DNA of 64,000 nucleotides from Schmidtea polychroa (lineage: Eukaryota): positions 122,552,397-122,616,396 of the forward strand of contig CM097887.1 of assembly GCA_044892525.1 (NCBI GenBank), given 5' to 3'. Position 1 is the first letter of the stretch; every line of letters begins with the position of its first letter. Of the stretch, positions 33,098 through 46,700 are shown one piece after another. The position numbers and the translations under genes are program-made. Under the pieces are notes generated by a model, which had not been told where the DNA came from, ran no database searches, and was given only the letters and a program-made list of their open reading frames with translations.

Positions 33098-33651
33098 GAA
33101 TGATCTATTTGCTGATTTACAGAGTATTTACAGAGGTTTCATTTTCGATCTCAATTTTCGATTCTTGATTGGAGTGGAGTAACTGAGTTAGATTATGAAT
33201 GTTTCGGATATGTTGTATTGCATATCGAATGTTGAAAAATGTATGAAACTTTCCAGTGTAGCAAATAANNNNNNNNNNNNNNNNNNNNNNNNNNNNNNNN
33301 NNNNNNNNNNNNNNNNNNNNNNNNNNNNNNNNNNNNNNNNNNNNNNNNNNNNNNNNNNNNNNNNNNNNNNNNNNNNNNNNNNNNNNNNNNNNNNNNNNNN
33401 NNNNNNNNNNNNNNNNNNNNNNNNNNNNNNNNNNNNNNNNNNNNNNNNNNNNNNNNNNNNNNNNNNTACGGTTTATTTATCATTTATTATTATTTATTTA
33501 TCATGATTATTATTATTAATATTAATCATTATTATTTATTTATCATTTGTTATATATAAATTTTTATTATTATTATTTTTTATTATTACCATATTTTTAC
33601 GCTTATAGGAAGCACCTGATTACGAGATGCAGGTTACAGGGCTTTCAGTAA
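20076..33651 (+). CDS. TRIM37: E3 ubiquitin ligase TRIM37 (RING, B-box, coiled coil, MATH, low-complexity tail), multi-exon; 3' end uncertain
   Basis: GT-AG exons with consistent phase: 20076-20150, 20205-20306, 23630-23670, 23718-23855, 23918-24128, 26115-26261, 26309-26478, 26557-26766, 26888-27074, 27453-27717, 27770-gap, 29182-29687, 29744-30094, 30634-30785, 32460-32636, 32736-32943, tentative last exon 33609-33651. Peptides [51 protein letters not shown] and [25 protein letters not shown] are diagnostic. Confidence 0.95.
21464..21512. repeat. (TA)n microsatellite
   Basis: Pure TA run; similar runs near 33066-33092, 56804-56827 and 58259-58316. Confidence 0.95.
22281..22772 (+). mobile_element. 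Non-autonomous helentron-like (DINE-1/Lep1-type) element in TRIM37 intron 2
   Basis: Starts ACTAGCTGGGGTACCTGGTGTTGCACG and ends ...AACAAACTAACAAACTTGCATCTTTATATATTAGAT, resembling the ends of HINE/Lep1 elements from memory. Confidence 0.45.
22895..23015. mobile_element. Short Tc1/pogo-type MITE
   Basis: TA|CAG...ATAACGCCTGGG and CCCAGGCGTTAT...CTG|TA imperfect inverted ends. Confidence 0.45.
31620..32237 (+). mobile_element. Non-autonomous Helitron in a TRIM37 intron
   Basis: 5' TCTATTATATAA; 3' GC-rich hairpin GGCGCC-TTA-GGCGCC about 10 nt before CTAG, followed by T. Confidence 0.55.
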
Positions 33652-33679
33652 AAGATTAAACGTTCTTTGGGAAAATGTC

Positions 33680-35700
33680 TAACGCTATTTACAGAAAAAT
33701 AATGTATAATTTAATAAATTATCCAGGTTTCTGTTAAAATTCCTCATAGAAGGTGATTGTCTTTAGCTATGGTCACAGCAATTTTTCGGTTTGTCTGCGG
33801 TCTTGACGAAATCGTTTTAATTCACACAACAATTCGAAAATTTTGTGCGTTGATGGGGACTTTCTTTTCATCACTAACTTGGGAATTTTCACTCCGTGCA
33901 TAGTGTCTTCCACCACAATCGACCAGAAGAGATTTCCATATACAGCTTCAGTAAATCCATAGTCTAGAAGACCATCTTAAATGTGGACGTTTCTCAAGTC
34001 AACACTCAAAATTTTAACGGTTTATGTTCTTTTCCAGGTGCCTGAAATATTTTTTAATACATATATTATTTAATACGTCCTTTAAAATTAACTATCCTCA
34101 TCATTCTCATTCAAATCCCCAATCTCACACAGCTATGTGTTAGCATTCAAACTCTTTGTTTGCGGCTTGATACAAATTCATCTCATTGATATCACCGTTA
34201 TTATAATAACAGTTTTTATATACAAATTGAACTGTTATTTTCCTCGTGATTGTTTAATTATGTATCGTATTCACGCTCTAAAGACGCTTTAGACTTCAGC
34301 CATCTATTTGAAACGAGAATCAGTATATCTGCTTTGTTTTTGACTGATTTCACTATTTGTACATAAATGGAAATTATGTGATTTTCGGTGCTCTTCTATT
34401 ATTAACAAGCGACGTCTAATTAGAGTCTCTGAAACCTCGCCTTCTTTGTTAAGAACTGTTCTCAGCCAGTCTACCACAGTGGCTGAGTCACCATCAGTTC
34501 GATTCTTCTAAAGCCTCATCGGATTGCTAAGTTTACGCCTTTAAGAACTGCATCAAGCTCAGCGACTTTTATATGTGAATGGTCATCACATTTTCTGAGT
34601 TAAATTGCATCCTCCACAACGTGACCATTTATCACCGATACAACCCCCAGAGCAATACTGCTAGTATCTCACCATAACGTACAGTGCTTCTTGATGTTTA
34701 CATACCAGCTCCCTTTGACTGGATCGTCCAGTTCAATGAGACTTATTGCTTCAGTCAATCTTGATTCGCACTCTACTCCGACCAGATCGTCCCAATTTGT
34801 ACCATCGCCAATTCTCTTGATAAAACTACAAGCCACCTCACGACCGGATAATGCTCGATAAACTTTCCACGGATGGAAAACAATTTACGCTGAGTAACTT
34901 TACCTTTAATTGAGTCAACTGCATTTCCTCTATATCATAACAGGTTACCACGACCATTGCGTTCAATTTTAAGACCGATAACTCTTGTATCAACTAACGA
35001 TTCCACTGGCTTTGTTACCAAATTCGCTACCTCATAAATACTGACCAAACACGTGTTAACAACTATGTTTAAAGCACAACTAAGACTAAATCAAGTCTTG
35101 TGAAAAGGTATGTCTTTATTTTGTAGCAAATCTTTTGGAATTCCTAAATATCTTTGCTCACATGTAACTGCAAATAATCATTTTTTAAATCAAGCATCAA
35201 TAACTGTTCTCCATCTGTATCCATTACATTTGAAGGGTGGTAACAAATCCGTTGGTGGTCACATACAACCTATATGCTTTTGAATTATTAAGGAAGTTTA
35301 ATTTCTGTTTGTAATAACAAATATTTAGGTAAATGTCGATGTTTTTTAAAAATATTTATATACTTTATAGGTAATAAATCGAAATAGAATTTGTACTCCC
35401 AAAACCTTTTAGAAGAAGGACTGAAAAATAAACTTTCCGACCCTGAGTTTGATAAGGACGAGTTCTCCCAGGTGATTAGTTTAGTGGACGTCATTTGTCC
35501 TGCCAAGAATTAGACAAAATCCTTGGAATACTAATCCACTGCTTTCTGCACAGACAATGAATGCGAAACGGTTCGTCGTAATTTTACTGTCATAAACAAA
35601 TGTAGGAGTCCTGGATGGTATCAGGTTGGATAACATCCATCGAGATAAAATATTAGATTTTTCTAATTTTTCTGAGGCAAACAAAAACATATCCAAAAAT
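33680..35700 (-). pseudogene. Decayed gypsy pol (RT, RNase H, integrase remnants)
   Basis: Minus-strand fragments across frames: MLDLKNDYLQLHV, VACSFIKRIGDGTNWDD, DTSSIALGVV, HIKVAELDAVLKGVNLA, DSATVVDWL, ETLIRRRL, KSVKNKAD. Many stops and frameshifts. Confidence 0.75.
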
Positions 35701-36039
35701 AAAATTATAGTAAATATGGAGTAAAGTTAAATTTCCTTTCCGAGTTTTGTGATCAAAAATTTCTTGCTTCAAATTATTATTTTCCAGTTCTGTTGATATT
35801 GGTTTCATTGGTGTCGTTGAAATGAGTTCGAATACTTCTTTTCTTGATTATTTTTCTTGTTAGGTGTGGTTTTCTTGAATTTTGGTTTCGTAAAGAGTTT
35901 TTATCGTTTTCTTGAGGTTAAGACTGTTTGACAGTTTTGGCTGTTTAGAAGTGTTGATTTTTTTGCGTTTGAAAGTTTTTCGTTTTGAAATAATTTACTA
36001 TCAAATTAATTTCTAACTTAGTCGATAATAATAAATCAA

Positions 36040-36700
36040 TTCTATCTGGGAAGTAGAAGGAGAAAAGGACGAATCAGTTGCAAGGTTGACGCCACTAGGA
36101 TGGACATGTTTGGGTAAGATCAACAGAAATCAAGCTCCAAGATATTCGATTTTGGTACAGAGCTATTTTTCGAAAACGGAAAAGTTAAATGAGTCGCGGC
36201 AATTTTGGGAACCTGACATCCGAAGAAGCAGTTAATATTATCCAAATCCTCGAAGAGAAATTCAATCGACTAAAGGACGAGCGTGAGAATGTAAATTGAT
36301 AGTTAATGCGTCAACTGTGGAATTAAAATCCGAAGCAATCAAAGAACAGCATTGGTAAATGCTTATGAGAAAATTAAATGTCAGATGCTCATTAAATGAA
36401 CTGTAACTGGGAAAAGTGTGGGATATTGATTTGGTGAAAAATTAAGAAATAATAAGGGAGATTTCATATCTAAATCAAATAAGATGTGGCTCTTGTTTAA
36501 CAAAATATGCAAGGTTGACGCCACTAGGATGGACATGTTTGGGTAAGATCAACAAAAATCAAGCTCCAAGATATTCGATTTTGGTACAGAGCTATTTTTC
36601 GAAAACGGAAAAGTTAAATGAGTCGCGGCAATTTTGGGAAATTGAGGAAAGCCAATAGGACAGAAATGAGTTATCTAATGAAATGCCAAAAACTTGAAAC
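36040..36700 (+). pseudogene. BEL/Pao retrotransposon fragments containing a 133-bp direct repeat (36079-36211 and 36508-36640)
   Basis: ARLTPLGWTCLG...QFWE is the typical BEL/Pao protease-RT linker. The two copies differ by one base. Confidence 0.65.
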
Positions 36701-37739
36701 GAACTGGAACAGTAATCAATCAATTCTGGAGAAACTAAAAAATCCGTTAAAATCCACATTGCGGTGCGGCAGCCTACATTAGAGAAAGATGGGCATGTGA
36801 GGGTTATAAAGATTTGTGTAAATGAAGAAAATTGCTGGAACCAGTGATCGGGGTTTGTCCAATAGGATTAAACAATGTAGTTGATCCATTAGTGAGGATC
36901 AAAGAGGGGAAAATGTGCAGATTTGAATTGTTGGTTTTAACCCTTATTTCCATGGATTCCTTTGGGGTAAACAACTTTGGGGTAAACAAGTCCCTACAAT
37001 GACTCTTTTCTTTGGTCTTTTTCCTCGACTCTTTGTTTTGCAATGTTGGTCTGGGTTTTTTAATGCTTTATTGTTTTTAACTTGTTATTTTACTATCATT
37101 ATTCCAGTCTATTTCTGATTTTTAAATTTTTTAAATTTTCAAGCTATTAATTTTTTGTTTTAATCGATAGTTATTTATTTTCATATTTTTGATGTTTTTA
37201 ACTTAATAATTATTATATTCTTTGTTTCTTTCTTTTTATTTATGTTTTCCTTAATTTCCTTCTATTCTAATTTATTTTAATCCAATTTATTTATTTATTG
37301 TATCCTTTAGCTATTATTCTTTTTATGATATGAATTCTTCGCATTTTTTCTCGTTGTTTTTTTCGTTTTGATTAAAGAAATTATTTATTCTTCCAATTTT
37401 TGCCCATTCATTCTAATGCATAAAGCATTCAGATAAAAGAAATTTTGATAACAATTTTATAGATTAAATGAAAAATTTATTTAAAAGGATACGGTTATCA
37501 TTATGAAACTTAATTTATTTTATTCTTATTCCATTGCTCTAACAATAAAGATTGGCGAATAAATATTTAATGAAATTTATTATCCGTAATATGTCATTGA
37601 AGTTGTTTTAAATAGTCAGCATAATCATTCCGCCAATTATAATTTAAATTTGGAAGATTAGTTAATTTTTCTGATTACTTAATAATTTTCTATTCATTAT
37701 TGAAACTATCGTTTTCCCGATCCAAATAAACATTTAAAT

Positions 37740-40700
37740 ATGACTAGTCTCAAGGATTCAGTTTTTGACCGAAGAAAAATCATGTCAGATAATGAAGTAA
37801 TAATGCTAAATTATTTATGATATTTTAATGAGTTCTATTGAAAGATCTATCCAAATTACGGTAGTATTCACAGGAGGCATGCTCCCATAATATCACAGTC
37901 CGTTGAAGCGGATATCGATCCGGAACTGATGCTTAATCAAGATATTGAGGTTGGTTATTTATTCACAACTTCTTGTTTGACGTCTTCCTTGTCTAGGGAT
38001 TTGATTATGACACAGTTCAAAATGAGATAATCATCAATGAAAAAATCAATAACGCTAAAAGGGTATGAAAAATTAGTTATAATATATTAATGTATTGGAT
38101 GTCAGCACCAACTGCGAATTGCAGTGTCACGATATGTGATTTTGTTCTTCATTGGATTTTTCACCGGTCTAGCGGCATTCACTTTCGATTTTTGCATAGA
38201 ACAATTGGCCGGTAAAAAATACGAATTGTTGAAAGGAAGTCAGTGAAAATAGATCGATATTGTTTTTTATTGGGTTTAATTGAATTGTTTAGTGTTTTCT
38301 ACATATTCCGACAATCCATTCATAACGGGTTTCATATGGTGTCTCATCAATGCTGCATTAGTCGGAATTGCATCGATTCTAGTTGTTTATATTGCTGTAA
38401 GTTATGGATTTAATGATGGGAAATATATTAGTAATAATTAATTATTACATAATAATTTATTTCGATTTTGTATCTATTAGTAGAAAATAATAATTCACTT
38501 CTATATAATTGACATAATAAATCAATTCTATTGACCAATATTTAATTGATTTGATTGGTTGTAGCAACTTCCTATTAATTATCGCTCTATATTGATGATA
38601 TTGCTAATTAATTATTACTCAATCTTCCTATTTATGCTTAATATAATTCGATTTTAATTCTTTCAAAATTAATGGTAAAATTAATAATATAATATATAAT
38701 ATAATATATAATATAATATCTATCACGTGATCTTATTTGTGATTGCGATTCGGATTTAGTAAAGTTCATTAAATTTAAATATAATTATGTCTGTAGAGAA
38801 TTTTTAGTATAATAATTTATTGAATGTCATAAATGTTTTCTGATTAAATTTCTAAAAATTAAAATTAAAAAGTTTTACTGNNNNNNNNNNNNNNNNNNNN
38901 NNNNNNNNNNNNNNNNNNNNNNNNNNNNNNNNNNNNNNNNNNNNNNNNNNNNNNNNNNNNNNNNNNNNNNNNNNNNNNNNNNNNNNNNNNNNNNNNNNNN
39001 NNNNNNNNNNNNNNNNNNNNNNNNNNNNNNNNNNNNNNNNNNNNNNNNNNNNNNNNNNNNNNNNNNNNNNNNNNNNNNNNNNNNNNNNNNNNNNNNNNNN
39101 NNNNNNNNNNNNNNNNNNNNNNNNNNNNNNATTATCGTTTCAACAGTTGCGTATAAATAATAAGATAATACATAATATGATAAGTATTTTGCCTTGCTAC
39201 GTGAATTGTTAGACATTTCACATTTAAATGTTTGTCCGACCATCGTTTCCTACGTTTCTACAACTTCATCACCTTTCCTCGGTTCTTACTGAGTGCTAAA
39301 CTTTACTTTTTTATTCGAATATCGGGTTTGTCATCCAGGGGATAACTCAAAATGAAAACAGAACAGAAATTCATATCGTAATATTGGTATAGAAAATTCT
39401 AACTTGTATATTTTTATCCAAATTTCATCATTATTAGGTGATTAAATTGACTTTCAATTCCTTATCAGATTTATTAAACATAATAGTTTTTGTTTCGGAT
39501 TAGTTCATAAGATATCATATAATGAATCGTTATTGGTTGAGCCATAAGAATTTGATCAGATTTAAACTTATGAAATCTCAGAAATATATCCATCCTTATT
39601 TCATTATATAAAACAGGATTTCTGTAATTAGTTGCTACACAAGCTCAGGAAGTCACACTAATGTATAGGGTTTTAATTCATTTTTATTAGCATAATTTTC
39701 TTGGTTATCTTCATTATCAATTGCGAGTTCCTCACGGATTTAAATTATTTCATGGTCTCTAGTATCTACTTCGGTTATAAGTTCTATTTTCTTCAAACCA
39801 GAGATATCCATTTTCAAAAGAGGCAATTAACAACGTTTACAACAAAAAATAAATTCAACGTTATACTGTAGATACTCGAGTATACTGCGAGGTTTTTGTG
39901 ACACAAAATTGGTTAAAAACTTGTGGGTTGCGTAACACGACTCGCGTTACATTCGATACACTGTAGATATAAAATTGTAAGTTTTATGTACCGAAATGGT
40001 TTTTGTCCTTCGCGTTATATTCGCGTCTTGAACTTTTCGTCCATTTCTGATGTAAATTTCTATCTCTCACGTTATACGGTATTATAAATATCTTTTAAAA
40101 TTCTCTACCGACAACTCCATTATAATTTTTATCTTTTTAAACAAGAACATTTTATAAAATTACAATTTTTTTACAACCTATTTTTTATTAAAGATTAACA
40201 AAATATTGGTTTATCAATTATGACAATTAATGACCCAAATCATCAGAAACTTTGACTTGTTTTTTGTTTCAGATGGCTCATCAAAGGTAAATGGTATTGA
40301 AAGAACAAAATTTTCAGACTTATCTAAATACTTCAATGGTGTTATCGTATAATACTAAATACCCGACCCGAACTAAAACCATTTATATTTATTGAGATAT
40401 TTGTAGTTAAAACAGTTTTGGTTTTTAAACCTTTCGAGAAAGAAAATCACTTTCTATTTCCCTTTGTTTCATTTATACCTTGATTCCATTATCAATTACA
40501 CAAAATGATGCATTTCTGTCCAACTAAAACAGTATTCTTTATTGGTAGGATTAAGAGTCATTACTGAAGAACTACCATCTTAACAAGTATTGATAAGTAC
40601 TCTAAACGGATTGTAATGCTAGTGTATCATAAATGAAAATAAAATTAAAATGGACGCCAACATTTTTAATTATAATTAGTGTCTAGGTGAAACGGAATTC

Positions 40701-43700
40701 TTTGTGTGGAAATGCAATGTACAAAATTGAAACTTCTAAAGTTGTATTAAATGAGAAAGACTTTAATTTCTTTCATAATATTTTTGGAATTGTGGCTCTT
40801 ATTCTTATCACTGAGGCGACAGACTTTTTGTCTGGCTGCTAGCTTAGTAAAATTGGATATTCTTCACTACACTGTAATAAAATTTTATGGAATTTTTTGT
40901 TACAATTTTGTCCATATTTTTAGAGAATATGGGATAAATTTCGCACTTTTTAATGATGAGTATTGCACTTGATAGTTTCTCACGTTGTTACTCTTGTATC
41001 TAATAAATCCTGGAATTTGTTCCATCTGTACGTCTATGTTGGCAGTGTTAATTATTATGGTTGTTTGTGGAATAAAGAAATTTGAAGAGCCCAATAGAGT
41101 CTCCTTTAAAATTTGAATCGGGATTGTTGAAGTGGATGTGTATTTGATTTGTGTGTGCGTGTGCTTATTTTAGATGTGTAACAGATAAGTAAAACTAACT
41201 TCAATTTAATGCAAAAACGTAATAACAACAAATGTATACAACTTTTTTTCAAATATAAAAAGATAAACCTTAGTCCTTGGCTTTTTAAATAAACATGTGC
41301 AATTCAACATTTCATTATTGCATCATTTTGTATCCTTTCTTGTATTTGGTTTGTCTAATGTTAAGGTTTTGATAGATTGTTTTCTGTTTTAATTCCCACG
41401 TTGATTTGTAGTCTTCTAGATTCTTTTGGTTTCTATTTATTTTTGGATCGTTTCTGGGATCTTCTTTTAATTTTTGCTATGGTAAATTATAATTTTTATT
41501 GATTTTGGATGATTCTTACTTTTAGTTATTTTTAAATTTATAATTGCCAGAATTGCAATATCTCACATAATAAAAAGGTACCAATAAAATTATTCACAAC
41601 ACATTCCCATAACGAAATACCACTATAATTACCAAATATTGGGATGGCACACCTAGATCATGTTGGAGTGGAAATGATTATTTCATCACAAAATAACAAA
41701 ATTAAGAATATCACATACGGTACAATGAACATGTCCGACAGTCAAATTTTAGATGTTTTGTTTATTGGTTAAAAAATGTTATCCCAAATTAGTTTTACGT
41801 TTTCATATTTATTTTGATATCATTTTTCTATTTTGTAGCTCTATATATCTCTATAATGATGGAGAACAAACAGCAATTGTATATTATTCCCATATATTAT
41901 ATTATTCTCTACTAATCTATGAGTTAAAATAAATACCAGTTTTTATTACTATTTTTCATGCATAGGAAATAATTTTAATAATCCAAGTAAATGTTATTAT
42001 TTTAAATGTTTAGAGGCCTTTTTACCTCCTCCGTTCCTTAATGACTTCATTGACACCTTTATTACGACTAATATGTGTCATAGACCTAAATAAATAATCT
42101 AAGGAAGGTAAGTCTAAACTATAAGGCGAATGAAGTAATAATTTAATAGTATAAAAATGTTGAGGTCAGTAAATTAAAATAAATTTAAATAAAATTTAGG
42201 TTGAATAAAAAAGATAAATAAAAGTGTGGTCATACACTGAATTGATAGTAAAGTTATTTATGATGGAAACAGTATTAGGAAATAGCAAAAGCAGTTACGA
42301 AAGGCAAAAATCCGAAAATTCGAAAAAATCAATAAATTGTAAATTTATCGAAATTGAATCGGAAAAACGGGACAGGTATAGATGAGCTAATGGTCAACAA
42401 GATGATGATTAATGATTTATCAGAAAATAGTTAAAAATGGTCGAAAAGCATTCGAATGTGTAAAACAGAAATCATTAATCAATTAATTGATTGGATAATA
42501 GGAAACCCGAGAGATGAAGGAAACCTGAGCCAATGGAGAACCCGAAAGATGATAGAAACTCGAACTCGGTTAACATGGAAAATAAACAAAATGAGAATCT
42601 CGGAAGGCCAATACCATGACAGCATGATTAATTTAGACAAACAAAGTTTAGGACTATTACGAAGGATTAACAAAAGGAGGCAATTAATCACGATATGGTT
42701 CAAACAACATTCGAGGAACCGGTTGTCGAACCATTGTCAGATAGAAGCAATCCGGTCAAAAACCAACTAATCAAAGTCAAAATTCAAAATAATCGGCATT
42801 TAGCATCAGCTAGGAATTCGAAGAAAGCGAGTGTAAGCAAATGGAAATTCCAAATTAGGGGAAAAGAAGATATAGAACCTGGGGATACGTAAAAAGTGTA
42901 AAAGAATTAAATCTAATAGAAAAGGAAAGAGGTGATCAAAGAAGCTATGGAATAAAAAGGTGAATATTATCTTTTGTCAAGGCATCAACACCGAGCGGAG
43001 GATCGGTCAAACCCATACAATTTTGGTTATTGATTATTTGGTGTAGAGAAAAATATATTTTTGTGATTTAAATATACGCTGGGTAGTCTGTTAGTGGCGA
43101 TTTTCAATTAAAAGGACAGTGGAGTCAGAGGTTACCGACTTGAATTAATAAAACCCAACAAAACGCTTTGATTTCCTGGTTCATTTACAGAGTATAGAAG
43201 ATAATACAATTTGATTTAGATGCCTTACCACCATAATCTGATAATACATGAGGATGGATGTTAAATTTTAAGTAGATTTTTTAGACCCACCTGAACTATA
43301 TCCTTCAAAGGATTATCATTATCTAAACTATTTGTCTTTTTCACATTTGATGTTTTTGTCTATTTAACACAAATCTTCAGCACTACGTTTTGATGTATTA
43401 TTTTAATAACACTTAAAATGCTTATTGCTGAATATTAATGCAATTTAAGAACAAAAATGAAGATAAATGACATTATCTACACGTTAATTAATTTCCAATA
43501 AGTTTAAAATGTTTGAAATATTTCTTTCATTATTAATTAAATTAGAATAGTGAATTTATTTCCTCAAAAATAATAACTTATTGCTCGGAAAATAATTCCT
43601 TGTAAATCGCATGCACGTTGGACCATATCTTCGTATGAGAGAGAAAAATGTTTTTTATATTAATATTTGAATTCGTATATAACATATTTTTTAAATTAAT

Positions 43701-46700
43701 TTTTAAACTTGCATATTTATTAAAAACAAACAGTTTTTTGCGACTAACTATTTTAATAAGTTTGAAATTGGTTCCTGTATGGTTTTCTGTTTCTCAGTTT
43801 TGATTTAACCTAATACAAGGTTATTGTTATTATTGTTGATTTATCATATATTTCCAGCCGATAGCTGCTGGAAGTGGAATTCCACAAATCAAATGTTTCC
43901 TGAATGGAATAAATGTTCCGAAAGTAAATCGATTCACCACTTTAATAACAAAAGGTATTGGAGTTGTGTTGAGTGTATCGGGAGGTTTGGCAGTCGGTAA
44001 AGAAGGACCAATGATTCATACGGGCTCAGCCATTGCAGCTGGGTTGTCACAAGGCAGACTAACGTTTTGCAAGCTCAGTTCTAGTTTTTTTAGAGTTTTT
44101 CGAAGTGATCAAGAAAAAAGAGATTTTGTCAGTGCTGGTGCTGCCGCTGGGGTCGCTGCGGCTTTCGGAGCTCCAGTTGGTGGACTGCTTTTCAGTTTGG
44201 AAGAGGGTGCCAGTTTTGTAAATCAGCGTTTGACATGGAAAATTGTAAAATTTCGTTGTTAATTATAGTAATATATTTGATAATTTTATTTTTAGTTATT
44301 TAGTTCTATGGTGTCTTTTGCCACTTTGGCATTTTTCAAAGCCGTTAAGGATAAAAATCCAACCAAATTTAATGAAGGTGGACTGATTAGTTTTGGATCA
44401 ATGGAGGTAAGTCGATTTGCGTTTACACAACATTTATATTTGTGAAGCTTTGTTAATAAAGTCATTGGATACGAAAAAATAATGTGCAAAATGCTGTGAA
44501 AACTTGTATTTTTAATGTTTTTAATAGTCTGGAGTCAAATTGATGATATGTGGATTGTTGTTGTTTTCAAATGGATTGAATAGTTAAATAATTTTGTTTT
44601 TTTTAATTTATTTGTTTAGTAAAATTAAAATTATAAAATATTAAAATAAATTTTTAAATATACTTAGGAATATTTTAAATGAAAAATAATTAATTATTTA
44701 AATTAAAGAAATAATTAATTAAAGTTTTTATAATTAATAATTGTCTTATTGGTTTATTTAACCCATGTTATCTATAGCTTTTTATCCAACCTGATGGTGA
44801 CAGGGAAACCGTAGAAATATATCGTGAAACGTATTTTTGAATGTCGCTTTCTAATAATTAGATTATTGCTTTGCTTATTTAATTATTTATTTATATATAG
44901 CATTGCTTCATATCCTGAATGACTGTTAAGTTACAAGTTCACATTCTTAACTAGATACTATTAATAGTTCGGAGTAAATGATTTAATAGTTACTATATTA
45001 TTCAATCTGAAAATGATATTTCTCCATTTTCATTCTGACTAAAGAACAAAAATTAAATTTTTGCAACACAAATTTTCAGTTTTCTTTATAATATTATTGA
45101 TATTTTGTCAGAATTAAAATGAATGAACAAGAAAAAAGAAAACATATCAAAAAAGAGATAATCTTTCTCCCTCATTAAAAAATATTGGCACTCGTTAAAG
45201 ACTTTTATCGCTGTACCCAACTTCTAGGTATTAAAAATCTTCGCTTGCTCTTGACGTCATAAAACTCAATGAAGTTTAACCGTCGCTCGTCTTTCATTAT
45301 GAAGTAGAATATGTTCAAGTTTCTAAATTTACTTTAAATCTTTGCGAAATATCTATTTAGGCTCCGCGGAACATAGTTTGGGAAACCCTGGCTTAAGTAA
45401 TACAGAAATTACATTTAATGCTATTTATAATAAATCATTGGTAAATATAAATAATATAAACGCAATAATATAAACAAATTCTTACCTTTTTTCGTAGATA
45501 AATTTTCTTTATTTTATCTTGAATTACCAGAGAATCAACATGACAAAATGAATTTTCGTTTACTAAATATTATTGTAAACTTTTCATACGCAAATACACA
45601 ATTTCTTTTTTGAATAAAACTATTTGGAATTTGACATTAATTTGAATTTCTGTTGAAAATTCAACGCAATGAACAAAAATAAATTCAAATTAGTCCTAAT
45701 CATTATGATTAATTAGTTATTGTGTGCCTGTGGTGAACTTGTCCACACAATTAGCAACAAGTCTGTGCCTTATTTTAACTTATATCAGTAAGTATGGCGT
45801 TTTACAATATATAAATATTTTATAGAACTGCCAACTTAGCAAAAAGTCACACGACGTACTATGTACACCATATCAATATTTGGTATAGATAGCAGTTGAC
45901 GTATATAGTACCTTATTCCAGCAAAATTGGATAATTGAGTAAAAGTAAAGTTGATAAAATCAGTGCCGAAAACTTGTGTTACATAGGAAAAAATTGATCT
46001 ATAGTAGTGTTAATACAATTACGTCGAAATATTACTTATTGCGTATAATAATAGTTTTATGCATATGTTGTTTGTAGAATACAGCTGTAGTTTTGGGACA
46101 GCTGTGGTGAATGTTGAATATGTAATATACGTGGAGAAATTACTATATTAAGACCTTATCATTAATTCTTTATAAACGACTTTCCAACTAGTTACTAAAG
46201 TTTCATGGTAGATCTTACGGGGAAAAGTTAGGCATAGTTATTTTCAATTTACAAACTTTATTAAACTAACAAATATTACTTATTCATTTAGGTCGGCAAT
46301 GTTCATGCGGATTTCTCCAGTGTACGTGTTATAACACCCATTATATAACAATTGATAAACGAGATCAGAACACAAATCAACCATTGCGTGGGATTTATTA
46401 GCAAACTTACTATTATTTTATAAATTAGACATTATTTCAATTTTATACTGTATAGAGCCTGTTAGAGCCTTTTGGAGGCCCAGGTCTGACATTATATGTG
46501 GCCCCCTATATAATGAAAAATATACAAAAAATGAAATTTTTACTGATAAAAAATTTATTTCAAAAATAAAAAATATATTCCGAATATCAAAGTATAAATA
46601 ACCTATTTTATCTTAGAAAAAAAAATTGTTGCCCTACGTAAAAGTGCGAAATACATTTTTTGATCGTTTGGTGTAGCTTCAAATAGTGTTATTTGGGGCC

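Noticed and set aside
35288-35696. Possible endogenous viral ORFs
   Set aside because: They lie directly upstream of and co-oriented with the decayed gypsy RT, so they are better explained as its protease-RT region.
42456-42892. ORFs inside the solo LTR
   Set aside because: Short, no domain, and the matching region of the other LTR has no equivalent ORF in the track.
45361-45390. hAT-like right end (AGTTTGGGAAACCCTG)
   Set aside because: No matching left end or target-site duplication found.
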